From an uncultured Gammaproteobacteria bacterium (GTDB taxonomy: Bacteria; Patescibacteriota; Patescibacteriia; UBA1558; GWA2-36-10): a stretch of DNA of 64,000 bases. Under the pieces are notes generated by a model that did no database searches, had not been told where the DNA came from, and was given only the letters and a program-made list of their open reading frames with translations. Both the position numbers and the translations under genes were made by a program. The stretch is from the NCBI GenBank assembly GCA_964515785.1, contig CAZEWH010000004.1:3105-67104 (forward strand), written 5' to 3'. This document shows, piece after piece, positions 1 through 9,519 of this stretch (its first letter is position 1; the number at the start of each line of letters is the position of its first letter).

Positions 1-1065
1 TTTTTGTGCAAATTCAAAATCTCTCTCATCATGGGCTGGCACGGCCATAATGGCCCCGGTGCCGTAATTCATCATTACATAATCTGCTACATAAACTGGA
101 ATAGATTTGTTATTAACTGGATTAATAGCCTCTAAACCTTCTAATTTAACGCCAGTTTTGTTTTTATTCAGATCAGTACGTTCTAAGTCAGATTTTTTTT
201 GAGCTTGTTTTATATATTTTTGAACTTCTGCAAAATTAGTAATATTATTTTTTAATTTTTGAATAATTTCTTGCTCAGGAGCTACCACCATAAATGTCGC
301 CCCAAATAAAGTATCTGGCCTGGTAGTAAATATTTTTAAATCTTCTGATTTATTATCAGACTTAATTTCAAAAATCACTTCAGCACCTTGGCTTTTGCCT
401 ATCCAGTTAGTTTGTTGAGCTTTGATTTTGTCTAGAAAATCTATTTTGTCTAAACCAGATAATAATCTATCAGCATAGTCAGTAATCTTGAGCATCCATT
501 GTTCTTTGTCTTTTTTGACAACTTCACCACCGCAACGTTCGCATACTCCCCCAACTACTTCTTCATTGGCTAAGCCGATTTTACAATCAGTACACCAATT
601 TATAGTTTCAGTAGCTTTGTAGGCTAGACCTTTTTTGAACATCTGAATAAAAATCCACTGAGTCCATTTGTAATATTTTGGATCTATGGTTTCTACATAG
701 CGAGACCAATCAAAAGAATAACCCGTTTGTTTTAGCTGTCTGTTGAAATTGGCAATATTTTTGGTACTAGCCTGCTGAGGAGCAATTTTGTGTTTGACTG
801 CAAAATTTTCTGTCGGCAAACCAAAAGCATCCATACCCATTGGATAAAGCACTTCTTTGCCTAGCATGCGCTGCTGACGACAAACAATATCTAAGGCAGT
901 ATATGATCTAAGATGACCAGTATGTAAACCATCACCAGAAGGATAAGGAAATTCTACCAAGCCATAAAATTTTGGTTTTTTAGATTTTTCAGAAGCTAAA
1001 AAAGTCTGGTCTTTTTCCCAAAATTTTTGCCATTTTTGTTCTATTTTATTGGGTTTATATTCCAT
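1..1065 (-). CDS. leuS: Leucyl-tRNA synthetase, N-terminal part; gene continues beyond window start
   Basis: Minus-strand frame from ATG (complement of 1063-1065): [22 protein letters not shown]...[54 protein letters not shown] with class I HIGH motif (HTGH), CxxC...CxxC zinc knuckle and LeuRS-like editing/anticodon parts; absent from ORF track because no stop lies within the window. Confidence 0.85.
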   Translation of the reverse strand, partial: MEYKPNKIEQKWQKFWEKDQTFLASEKSKKPKFYGLVEFPYPSGDGLHTGHLRSYTALDIVCRQQRMLGKEVLYPMGMDAFGLPTENFAVKHKIAPQQASTKNIANFNRQLKQTGYSFDWSRYVETIDPKYYKWTQWIFIQMFKKGLAYKATETINWCTDCKIGLANEEVVGGVCERCGGEVVKKDKEQWMLKITDYADRLLSGLDKIDFLDKIKAQQTNWIGKSQGAEVIFEIKSDNKSEDLKIFTTRPDTLFGATFMVVAPEQEIIQKLKNNITNFAEVQKYIKQAQKKSDLERTDLNKNKTGVKLEGLEAINPVNNKSIPVYVADYVMMNYGTGAIMAVPAHDERDFEFAQK

Positions 1066-1273
1066 ATACTTTAAAAATTATGGAGCTATATAAAAAATAA
1101 TTCTTAAAACAACAATCCTCTTTCGCCAAGGCTACGGTGGATTACCCGCCAAATAAATAGCGACATCCTGCCATAGTTATTTATATTTTTGTGAAACAAA
1201 ACATAGAAATAACGAAGGCGGATAAACATATTTTACCAAATATAAGTCCAAAAATCAAACATAGACAAAAGCA

Positions 1274-1308
1274 TTGACTATCGCTTTTGATTCTGTTATG
1301 GTATTATT
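1274..1308 (+). promoter_or_regulatory. Sigma70-like promoter TTGACT-17nt-TATGGT upstream of LysM/M23 gene
   Basis: TTGACT at about 1274, 17-nt spacer, TATGGT. Confidence 0.35.
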
Positions 1309-1448
1309 TATATTACGCTATTATTTATTATTAATATAAATTTATTAGCCTGTTTTTCAAGAAAATTTTAAATAAAATTGCCCTAAAATCTACTGACGGA
1401 TTATTGTGGTTTGGTCGTTCTCTAAATAGATTTTTCCGTACAGCTGGC

Positions 1449-2684
1449 ATGGGTATATTAGTGATAGGCAAATTTACTGTTTTGCCTATTATTTTATTTA
1501 TATATAAAGTTACTCTACGTTTCAAAATCAAAACAAAAAAAATAAATATACTACATCTCAATTATATAATATTTATAAAAAAATATTTACCAGCTTTAGT
1601 GATTATTATAATAATAATTTCTGTTAGTACCAACAATATTTTTGCTCAAAATTATAGTACTGAAGAATATGCCAACCGCACCCTCCTCTCATCTTTGATT
1701 ACTTCTGATGAAGAAGGTTGGAGCGAACTAATCGAAGAATCTGGACCAGCTATCAATCAACCACAAGTATCCAACTACCTAGAAGATCAAGGTAATTTGC
1801 AAGAAATAGTTATCAATACGCCTTTTATAGATACAGAAGATAGTACAACTGAAATTTCACCTGACTCAGCCACTCTAGTATTAGTCAATCCTGAAGACAC
1901 TGAGAATCTAGCAGAATCAGATGAAGGTAAACGAGCCGAAGCGATAGAATATATTGTTCAGTCTGGAGATGTCTTGGGTCATATTGCTGAAAAATTTAAT
2001 GTAACAGTCAATACTATTCTTTGGGAAAATGATCTGAATTGGAACAGTACTATCCGTCCTGGCCAAAAATTGACCATCCTACCAAATTCTGGCGTCAATC
2101 ATGAAATAAAATCTGGTGATACAGTTTTGGCTATTGCTAAAAAATATCAAACAGACGCAGAAGAGATCGTAGCAGCTAATAAATTGGCTGACTCTGGTGA
2201 TATCCAAATTGGTGACTTACTATTTATCCCTGGTGGAGTCAGACCAACAAAAGTTGTTTCCTCTTATAGGCCACCAGCTCCAGTTTATAGCAATGAAAAA
2301 TATGAAGATGCTCCAATAGATACTGGCTCTAAACTTCTTTGGCCAAGTAATAGCCATACTATTACTCAATATTATCACTGGCGTCATCATGGTGTAGATA
2401 TCGCTGACAATACTGGCACACCTATCTATGCTGCTGAAGCTGGCAAAATAGAAAGATCTGGTTGGTCATCTGGCTATGGATATAATGTAGTCATCAATCA
2501 TGGTAATGGCATCAAGACTCTTTATGGTCATGCTAGCAAACTATTGGTCAGCAAAGGAGATTCTGTGTCTCGTGGTCAAACCATTGCTCTAGTAGGATCA
2601 ACTGGTTGGTCAACTGGTCCACATATTCACTTTGAAGTCCGAGTCAACGAATCTCGTAAAAACCCACTCAACTATATTAAATAG
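1449..2684 (+). CDS. LysM-domain M23 family metallopeptidase (peptidoglycan hydrolase)
   Basis: Two LysM motifs (YIVQSGDVLGHIAEKF; HEIKSGDTVLAIAKKY) plus C-terminal M23 signature (HxGVDIA...NHGNGIKTLYGHAS...GSTGWSTGPHIHFEV). Track ORF begins at 1404, but that N-terminus looks non-coding; true start is uncertain (ATG 1449, or a later non-ATG start before the hydrophobic segment ALVIIIIIIS). Confidence 0.8.
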   Translation: MGILVIGKFTVLPIILFIYKVTLRFKIKTKKINILHLNYIIFIKKYLPALVIIIIIISVSTNNIFAQNYSTEEYANRTLLSSLITSDEEGWSELIEESGPAINQPQVSNYLEDQGNLQEIVINTPFIDTEDSTTEISPDSATLVLVNPEDTENLAESDEGKRAEAIEYIVQSGDVLGHIAEKFNVTVNTILWENDLNWNSTIRPGQKLTILPNSGVNHEIKSGDTVLAIAKKYQTDAEEIVAANKLADSGDIQIGDLLFIPGGVRPTKVVSSYRPPAPVYSNEKYEDAPIDTGSKLLWPSNSHTITQYYHWRHHGVDIADNTGTPIYAAEAGKIERSGWSSGYGYNVVINHGNGIKTLYGHASKLLVSKGDSVSRGQTIALVGSTGWSTGPHIHFEVRVNESRKNPLNYIK

Positions 2685-2690
2685 TAAAAT

Positions 2691-2737
2691 AAAAATACCC
2701 GTCGGGTCTAAAAACCCGACGGGTATTTTTATTTTTT
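2691..2737. terminator. Bidirectional intrinsic terminator (13-bp G/C stem ATACCCGTCGGGT / ACCCGACGGGTAT, flanked by A-run and T-run)
   Basis: Perfect inverted repeat with loop CTAAAA between convergent genes. Confidence 0.8.
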
Positions 2738-5138
2738 ACAATTCTAATTTACCTTCTCCAGTAGGATTATAGCCATTAGCTACCTCTTCTTGATCTGTAT
2801 AACCATCGCCATCTGTATCAGGATTGTTTGGGTCAGTCCCCCAATAGCTTTCTTCATGATCTGTCAGACCATCGCCATCTGTATCAGGCATAAAATCAGT
2901 ATTTCCTCTAGTATTTGGATTGTCAAAATTAACACTATTACTAAACATATTCATCATAAACTCAGAAAAATATATTTCCCAAGTTATTAAATTACTTGGG
3001 ACCACAATCTCCTGTTCCTCAGCGGTAGCGATCAAATAACTAAATTCATAATCATAAGTAGCAGAAAATTCTTCTGAAGAAAATTTATAATCGTTTAATA
3101 ACATATCTATTCCCTGAATATTTTTGCTGTCAGTATTTATCCATAGATGAAACTCAATTTTTTCAACAAGCTCTTGCATGGCTTGCCACATCTCTGGCTT
3201 GGTAGTTTTGTATCCCTCAAAATCTATATCTGGATATAATTCAACAATAATATTTGCAAGTTCTTCACTAGCACCCGCTTTGGCCGTGAACTTTATTTGT
3301 TTAAGTTCGGCGCCATTAATATTTTTACTTTGATGAGGATCATTAATTTTAAATAAATTTTTATTTTTTGCTTTTATAATAAATTGACTTGTTTTTTCAT
3401 TGACTGTCTCTATAAAATCTTGATCAGATGTTTTATTCCAATTTTCAGTTGACCAATAAAGCCATTTATCACTAATATCAATATCAGACCCACTGATAAA
3501 ATCCAAAGATCCTGGAGGTGGATCATTATCTACTATATCATCCATATAGGGCCAATCAGCAGGATCTGTAAATAAAGATAACCAAGTACCACCAGTCTCT
3601 GGATAGCTACCATATTCCAAAGCTAGCATAGCATCAGAACCTGATTGATAAGCTACTTCGACAGCTTTAGCCCAATCAACAATACCACGATATGGCGGAT
3701 CATTAACCCAGTCTCCATAACCACCATTACCACCCAACACAACACCTTCTATACTAAACATCAACAATAAATCTTTAGGAAACCAAGCTCGATAATACTT
3801 ATAATCTTCATCACTAGGGTCAAGAAGCATTTCAGGAAAATTTATATAATGACTAGTATCCATAGTAGGTCCCTCAAAAACCCGACGACTAATTTTATTT
3901 GATGTATAATCTGGATTATTATAATAATATGGTTCTTTTGTCCCATCTGGCAAATCACGAAAACGACGAGCTGAGCCATTAACAATAATATCACTCTGGC
4001 CATAATATTTTACCAAAATGTTATGAATATCATCTTCAAATTTTTGCATACGTGGAAATTGTTCATTGACATACCAAGCATCCTGCTCTTCACGGGTATG
4101 TCCTCTACCTGGCCAAGCTTTGTCCATATCTTCTGATGTCATAGTATCATCCCACCAAAGGGCAGAATGACCCCAATCATCCAAAAACATTCCTGCAATA
4201 CTAATACCTTGATCTTGAAGCTCACCCAACCAAACATCAACACTATTAGTAAGATCAGCAAAATACTCATCAGATTGTACATAAGCATAAGGACTACCGT
4301 TTTGTTTTACATTAGATGGAATACTGCCATGGCCTTGAGGATAATTGTCAGTAATATAATAAGGCGGTGCTGGAAAAATATGTTTATCACTATAAACATC
4401 AGTGTCCTTGCCCCAAATATCTAAATATACATAAATCTTTGATTTGTTGTGATCATTGATCATAGCATCCCAGGTATAATCTCCCATAACAATATAATCA
4501 TACATATCAAAAATTGCATCCTCGTGAAGTCCATTATTATGATCTGGATCATGCAACGCGTCACTATAAGAAAAACTAACTGTAGTATAAGGTCTATCTT
4601 CTTTGATACCCAAAACTCCTATCTGTGGTAAAAGTTTTTCTAAACTATCTATATCTGGTTGTAAATAAAATATATCATCAATCTTTTTGTAGTCTGCTGT
4701 AGTACTAAAATTAATACCAGGTATATCAATACTAATATCAGCATGACCAGATAAATTATTATTATTAATATAATTATTAGTATTAAAATCTAAAGATATA
4801 TTATCAAAAGTAAAAAAACTATTAAAAGTATTATTTGGTAACTGCATATCAGATACTTTTATAGATATATTTGTATCTGCAGTATAGTGAATAGAATCAT
4901 CCCCCCATTGCCAAGTAGCTTGCTTGGCCAATATTATAGCTGCGCCTTGAGCATAATACCACCAGCCGCCTAAACCGACCATTATTAAAAATAACACACC
5001 TAAAATAATACTTATTTTAGTTTTAAAACTTAGTTGTTTTGAAGATAAATTTTGATTACTTAAACTGTCCTCAATAATATCATTATTATCTTCCGTATTA
5101 TCTCTATTATAAACGATTTTTGGTTTTTCAAATTCCAT
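2736..5138 (-). CDS. Giant membrane-anchored surface protein (800 aa): N-terminal TM anchor, conserved core shared with the 6450-8060 paralog, C-terminal thrombospondin type-3-like Ca-binding repeats (DTDGDGxTDxEE)
   Basis: N-terminal hydrophobic segment ISIILGVLFLIMVGLGGWWYY; core YTTVSFSYSDALHDPDHNNG...FPAPPYY; C-terminal DTDGDGLTDHEESYWGTDPNNPDTDGDGYTDQEE. Confidence 0.8.
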   Translation of the reverse strand: MEFEKPKIVYNRDNTEDNNDIIEDSLSNQNLSSKQLSFKTKISIILGVLFLIMVGLGGWWYYAQGAAIILAKQATWQWGDDSIHYTADTNISIKVSDMQLPNNTFNSFFTFDNISLDFNTNNYINNNNLSGHADISIDIPGINFSTTADYKKIDDIFYLQPDIDSLEKLLPQIGVLGIKEDRPYTTVSFSYSDALHDPDHNNGLHEDAIFDMYDYIVMGDYTWDAMINDHNKSKIYVYLDIWGKDTDVYSDKHIFPAPPYYITDNYPQGHGSIPSNVKQNGSPYAYVQSDEYFADLTNSVDVWLGELQDQGISIAGMFLDDWGHSALWWDDTMTSEDMDKAWPGRGHTREEQDAWYVNEQFPRMQKFEDDIHNILVKYYGQSDIIVNGSARRFRDLPDGTKEPYYYNNPDYTSNKISRRVFEGPTMDTSHYINFPEMLLDPSDEDYKYYRAWFPKDLLLMFSIEGVVLGGNGGYGDWVNDPPYRGIVDWAKAVEVAYQSGSDAMLALEYGSYPETGGTWLSLFTDPADWPYMDDIVDNDPPPGSLDFISGSDIDISDKWLYWSTENWNKTSDQDFIETVNEKTSQFIIKAKNKNLFKINDPHQSKNINGAELKQIKFTAKAGASEELANIIVELYPDIDFEGYKTTKPEMWQAMQELVEKIEFHLWINTDSKNIQGIDMLLNDYKFSSEEFSATYDYEFSYLIATAEEQEIVVPSNLITWEIYFSEFMMNMFSNSVNFDNPNTRGNTDFMPDTDGDGLTDHEESYWGTDPNNPDTDGDGYTDQEEVANGYNPTGEGKLEL

Positions 5139-5159
5139 AAAAAAATAATTAATTACATT

Positions 5160-6404
5160 TTAAGGTAAAGATCCAGAACCCAAAGGATCAAAACCATTTT
5201 CTATCTCCTCACCATCTAAATAACCATCACCATCTGTATCTGGATTGTTTGGGTCTGTACCATAATATTTTTCTAAATAATCTGATAAACCATCTTGATT
5301 ACTATCATTATTGGATTGTATTATTTTTTTGGTAATACCCAACAACTTAGTTTGCCAGTTTGTAATCTTATTTGGTTTTATGATTGTCATAGTTGTTGTT
5401 TGGTTTATATAAAAACTCAAGTTAATATCAAAAACAAAACTATAATCCTTAGTAGCTAAAACAAAATCTTTAGCAATGATTTCTAAACCATGAATTTCTT
5501 TAGTTTGACGATGAATCCAAACATAAAATTTTAGACGTTGTAAATCGTGTTCCATTTGTTGCCATTGAGCTGTATTGATTCTATGCCATGATTGAAATTT
5601 CTGTTCTAATTGATCATCTTCACCTAATATAGCCAAAACAAATTCTTTAGTCCTGTTGTCTTTGATAGTCAATTGAACTCTAAACAACTCACCACCAGAT
5701 ACAGGCATACGCTGACGAGTATCTTTAATCTTAAAAATATTATTGTCTTGCAAATTGGTTATTATATTGGAAATCTTATCACTAAAATCTACGACTATAT
5801 CTTGGGAAACTAGATTATCTTCTGACTGATCTGATATATCTTGAGGTAAATCAATATGCACCCATTCATCTTTATTATAATTCTCAGGTTGAGGAAAATA
5901 TTCTTCAATATTTATATTTTGCACATTAAAAAATATTTCAGCTGGGTTGCCAACTGGTTCTTCAAAAATATCATCATTAACTGGCGGAGTATTTATGATA
6001 ATTGGTGGCACTTCTATTTTACAAATAAATGAACAACCATCATTATCTTGACCATTGCCGTCATCGCATTCTTCAGTTGGTCTATTAATCTCTCCATCAC
6101 CACAGTAAGGATCTATTTCACAAATACTAGAACAACCATCATAATTATCATTATTACCATCATCACATTCTTCTGAAGATTGATTAATCTCTCCATCACC
6201 ACAGTATGAGTCTTCTGGCGGATCTTCTTCCGTTAAACAATCAGCAGAACAACCATCGCCATCTTCATTATTACCATCATCACATTCTTCGCCTTCATCT
6301 TGATTACCATCACCACAGTATGGGAATGTATATAAACGACAGGCTATACAAATTTGATGTTCACCAACTCCATCCTCTCCATCGCATTCTTCACCTTCTT
6401 CCAT
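5160..6404 (-). CDS. Distal ORF of the interrupted giant surface-protein gene: four Myxococcus-type cysteine-rich repeats (CGDGxxxxxEECDDGNxxxxDGCSxxC), a middle domain, and a C-terminal TSP3-like repeat
   Basis: Repeats CGDGNQDEGEECDDGNNEDGDGCSADC / CGDGEINQSSEECDDGNNDNYDGCSSIC / CGDGEINRPTEECDDGNGQDNDGCSFIC; the first repeat starts upstream of the called Met (PVCGNGIM-EEGEECDG), so the ORF is N-terminally truncated. Confidence 0.7.
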   Translation of the reverse strand: MEEGEECDGEDGVGEHQICIACRLYTFPYCGDGNQDEGEECDDGNNEDGDGCSADCLTEEDPPEDSYCGDGEINQSSEECDDGNNDNYDGCSSICEIDPYCGDGEINRPTEECDDGNGQDNDGCSFICKIEVPPIIINTPPVNDDIFEEPVGNPAEIFFNVQNINIEEYFPQPENYNKDEWVHIDLPQDISDQSEDNLVSQDIVVDFSDKISNIITNLQDNNIFKIKDTRQRMPVSGGELFRVQLTIKDNRTKEFVLAILGEDDQLEQKFQSWHRINTAQWQQMEHDLQRLKFYVWIHRQTKEIHGLEIIAKDFVLATKDYSFVFDINLSFYINQTTTMTIIKPNKITNWQTKLLGITKKIIQSNNDSNQDGLSDYLEKYYGTDPNNPDTDGDGYLDGEEIENGFDPLGSGSLP

Positions 6405-6420
6405 TATTCCATTACCACAA
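6020..6420 (-). repeat. Tandem array of about 100-nt coding repeats (four Cys-rich repeats)
   Basis: Four consecutive CGDGE...EECDDGN...DGCS..C modules in the protein imply near-tandem DNA repeats. Confidence 0.65.
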
Positions 6421-6449
6421 ACAGGTACAGTTTCTCCGTCAAGATATGG

Positions 6450-8060
6450 TCAATCAGCAGGGTCTGTAAATAAAGATAAAATAGTCCCTCCAGTAGCTGG
6501 ATAATCTCCATATTCCAAAGCAATCATAGCTTCATTACCAGCCTCATAAACTGCATTGGTACCAGCTGTCCAATCAGCTAAACCATTTAAGTATCCATTA
6601 TAACCTCCATCTACCCATTCACCATAACGACCATTACGACCATCAACCTCTCCTTCAATACTATACATTAATAATAAATCTTTAGGGAAAAAAGCTCGCC
6701 ATCTCATATAATTTGGATGACTTTGGTCTCTAAGTAATTCTGTAAAATTTACATAAGATGCATGACTAACAGCTGCTCCTTCAAAACAACGATGACTGAT
6801 CTTACCAGGAGTATAGCTGGGATTATCATAATAAAATGGTTCAGCTAATCCATCTGGTAATGTCCTAAACTTACGAGCCGAACCATTGAGTATATGTTCA
6901 CTACGGCCCCAGTACTGCATAGTCAAGGTATGGATAGAATCTTCAAAATTTTGTACTCTAGCAAGTTGTTCACCAACCCACCAAGACCACTCATGATCCC
7001 AAGCTTGACCTTCAAAGTCATCATGTTCTGGATCGTGTTCTGGTGGAATCGGATAATCAGACCTACCTTCCCAGGCTATATCTTGATGCTCCAAGGCCAT
7101 ATTTTCATCCCAATAGCCAGGTGCATTCATAAAATCATCCAAGAAAAAACCAAGAAAATTTATACCTTGGGATTGTAAATCAATGTAAAATTCTTCTATC
7201 TTAGCTAATAAATCCTCCAAATATTCATCTGTCATTTGATAGGCAAATGGTGAACCACTGTCTTTGACATAAGTTGGTAAATTGCCATGACCATCAGGAT
7301 AATGAGGAGATTCCCAATAAAGTGGAGCTGGAAAAATATAAGCTGGATTATCACTGTTGTGATCTTTACCGTAAATATCTAAATATAAAAATATTTTTTC
7401 TTTATTTACATCATTTTGTATATTATGCCAAGTATATTCTCCAGCTATTATATAATCATACATCGCAAAAATCTCATCTTCGGTCATACCATTATTATGG
7501 TCAGGGTCATGAAGAGCATCACTATATGAAAAACTAACAGTAGTATAAGGATCGCCAGCTGCTGCCATCTTTATACCCAAGATACTACCACCATTGAAAA
7601 AAGAATTCAGAGTGCTAGAAGACAAAAAATCTATATCGCCTGACATTTCTGGCCTGATATACAAATCATTATCTATTTTTTTGTAATGAATTACTGCTTC
7701 AAAAGATCCTTGACTATCTGAACTGACATCAAAATCACCTCGAGCTGTAAAATTATTATTAATATTATAATAATTATTTTCCCCTGTTATAGAAAAATCT
7801 TGCCAAGATAATAAATTATTATACTGTTTGTTTTTAATATCAAGGTCACTGATATTTAAGGAAAAATCAGAATCAATCTGAAAATTTGCTTCAGACTCTG
7901 TCCAAGACCATTTAGCCTGGCTCAGTAGTAACATTGCTTCACCTTGAATATAATACCACCAAGCAGCTGCTATCAAGAAAATAAAAAACAACATCCACAA
8001 AATAAGTCTAGCTCTTGTAATACCTTTAAAATTTATTTTATTAGAAGACATATTAGCCAC
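6450..8060 (-). CDS. Proximal ORF of the interrupted giant surface-protein gene (GTG start; TM anchor plus core domain paralogous to 2736-5138)
   Basis: GTG start at complement of 8058-8060; TM segment ARLILWMLFFIFLIAAAWWYY; core DPYTTVSFSYSDALHDPDHNNG... ends FTDPAD-stop where the paralog continues FTDPADWPY. Confidence 0.7.
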   Translation of the reverse strand: MANMSSNKINFKGITRARLILWMLFFIFLIAAAWWYYIQGEAMLLLSQAKWSWTESEANFQIDSDFSLNISDLDIKNKQYNNLLSWQDFSITGENNYYNINNNFTARGDFDVSSDSQGSFEAVIHYKKIDNDLYIRPEMSGDIDFLSSSTLNSFFNGGSILGIKMAAAGDPYTTVSFSYSDALHDPDHNNGMTEDEIFAMYDYIIAGEYTWHNIQNDVNKEKIFLYLDIYGKDHNSDNPAYIFPAPLYWESPHYPDGHGNLPTYVKDSGSPFAYQMTDEYLEDLLAKIEEFYIDLQSQGINFLGFFLDDFMNAPGYWDENMALEHQDIAWEGRSDYPIPPEHDPEHDDFEGQAWDHEWSWWVGEQLARVQNFEDSIHTLTMQYWGRSEHILNGSARKFRTLPDGLAEPFYYDNPSYTPGKISHRCFEGAAVSHASYVNFTELLRDQSHPNYMRWRAFFPKDLLLMYSIEGEVDGRNGRYGEWVDGGYNGYLNGLADWTAGTNAVYEAGNEAMIALEYGDYPATGGTILSLFTDPAD

Positions 8061-9003
8061 GCATAATCAAATAGCTGATATAAGCAATATAAATAAGGAC
8101 TAAAATAACACCTTGCGAACGCTGTAATATATTTTTGCGGCCTACAAACATAAACATAAACAAAATAATAGTAATCACAGCCATGATATAAATATCTATG
8201 TTAAGGGTCGCTGAAAAATATAAGGGTTTGATCATAGAACTTAAACCCAAAATCCAAAAAATATTAAAAATATTTGAACCAATAATATTACCAATAGCAA
8301 TATCAGCGTTGTGACGCCAGGCAGCTACTGCGCTGGTCGCCAATTCTGGTAAAGAAGTACCAACTGCTACAACGGTCAAACCAATTAAAGATTCTGACAT
8401 GCCAAGTTTACCAGCAATCACAATAGCTCCTTCAACAATCCAATAACCACCTAAAGCTAAACCAGCTGCACCAGCAATTATCATACCAACCGCTACCCAA
8501 TTATTGTATTTTTTGACACTTTCACCATCACCCTCAACTTTGGCAATACCAAAAGTATAATACAAAAATATCACAAAAAATAATAATAAAACACCGCCGT
8601 CAATCCGAGTCAAAGCACTCATGCCAGCTTTGTCTATCAAAACATCATTGACCAATAACCATAAAACAACAACCGCCAACATATTGAGAGGAATTTCTTT
8701 TAGGACAGTACCTCGCTTGACTGCTAGAGGAAAAATAATAGCTGATATTCCCAAAATTAATAGCACATTTGAAATATTGGAACCAACTACATTACCAATA
8801 GCCAAATCACTACTTCCCTGAAAAGAAGCAAATAAATTAACTATCAATTCTGGGGCAGAAGTACCAAAAGCCACAATAGTCAATCCAATCATCAAATTGG
8901 AAACATGAAATTTTTTGGCAATAGAAGACGCACCGCCTACTAGCCAATCAGCGCCTTTTATCAGGAAATAAAATCCAACAATAAAAAGAATATAAGTTGT
9001 CAT
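8053..9003 (-). CDS. Na+/Ca2+ (cation/Ca2+) exchanger family membrane protein (CaCA / YrbG-like)
   Basis: Two alpha-repeat signatures GTSAPEL and GTSLPEL, about 10 TM. Confidence 0.85.
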   Translation of the reverse strand: MTTYILFIVGFYFLIKGADWLVGGASSIAKKFHVSNLMIGLTIVAFGTSAPELIVNLFASFQGSSDLAIGNVVGSNISNVLLILGISAIIFPLAVKRGTVLKEIPLNMLAVVVLWLLVNDVLIDKAGMSALTRIDGGVLLLFFVIFLYYTFGIAKVEGDGESVKKYNNWVAVGMIIAGAAGLALGGYWIVEGAIVIAGKLGMSESLIGLTVVAVGTSLPELATSAVAAWRHNADIAIGNIIGSNIFNIFWILGLSSMIKPLYFSATLNIDIYIMAVITIILFMFMFVGRKNILQRSQGVILVLIYIAYISYLIMRG

Positions 9004-9044
9004 AAATTTTTTTATTTATAGCTTTATTATACCAGAAAATGAAT

Positions 9045-9075
9045 TAAATAAAAAACCCTGATTATTCAATCAGAG
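9045..9075 (-). terminator. Intrinsic terminator downstream of the 9120-9365 gene
   Basis: Hairpin CTGATTATTCAATCAG followed by a T-run on the minus strand. Confidence 0.45.
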
Positions 9076-9119
9076 TTCTGAAAACTAGATCATGAGTCAT
9101 AAAGCAATTAAAACTATAT

Positions 9120-9365
9120 CTAGAAATGAAGTGCTGTAGCTGCCAAAGCAAGCAAGAACCTTTTCTGCTCTGGCTCCAATTCAGCATCCCGTTTTTGGCG
9201 TTGGGTATCCAACTTGGCAGCAATCTCGTTGTTATCGTTTCCCAAAACCATCAAACCAACATCCTCAGGTATCACCTGAAGACAAGCTTTTCCTTGAGGA
9301 CTATCAGGCCGCACACCGTTTCTACGCAAGATATCCTCGGCTAGAGATTTTACTTGCACACTCAT
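9120..9365 (-). CDS. Hypothetical 81-aa protein (G+C-richer than surroundings); SD AAAAGGAGAG upstream
   Basis: ORF with strong RBS; no recognisable domain. Confidence 0.5.
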   Translation of the reverse strand: MSVQVKSLAEDILRRNGVRPDSPQGKACLQVIPEDVGLMVLGNDNNEIAAKLDTQRQKRDAELEPEQKRFLLALAATALHF

Positions 9366-9454
9366 CTTACTCTCCTTTTAGTTTGCTTTTGCAAAGTACA
9401 AAAATTAATTTTAATTTAAAAAATATATATAAATATGTAAATCCGACCCGTCGG

Positions 9455-9498
9455 GTAAAAAAAATAACCACCCGCTCGGTCCTAGTACCTCGCGGGTC
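9455..9498 (-). terminator. Intrinsic terminator after the antiporter gene (stem ACCCGC..GCGGGT, then T8)
   Basis: G/C stem with a T-run on the minus strand; a second small ACCCGTCGGGT palindrome lies adjacent. Confidence 0.5.
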
Positions 9499-9519
9499 TG
9501 ATATAAATAAACATTAAGC

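Larger units (their letters stand above)
5160..8060 (-). pseudogene. Single 967-codon reading frame interrupted by one in-frame TGA (6450-6452) at the position of a conserved Trp; pseudogene, sequencing error or stop-codon readthrough
   Basis: Both ORF ends are in the same frame by coordinates; the 15 codons between the TGA and the downstream ATG (PYLDGETVPVCGNGI) contain no stop; the paralog has W (TGG) at the same position. Confidence 0.55.

Noticed and set aside
1066-1330. T-box leader upstream of leuS
   Set aside because: I searched for the AGGGUGGNACCGCG T-box sequence and a specifier-loop architecture. Only a REP-like G+C-rich motif is present.
1404-1448. Extended N-terminus (MWFGRSLNRFFRTAG) of the LysM/M23 ORF
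   Set aside because: It looks like translated leader sequence. The start was moved to ATG 1449, but remains uncertain because no in-frame ATG immediately precedes the signal-like segment.
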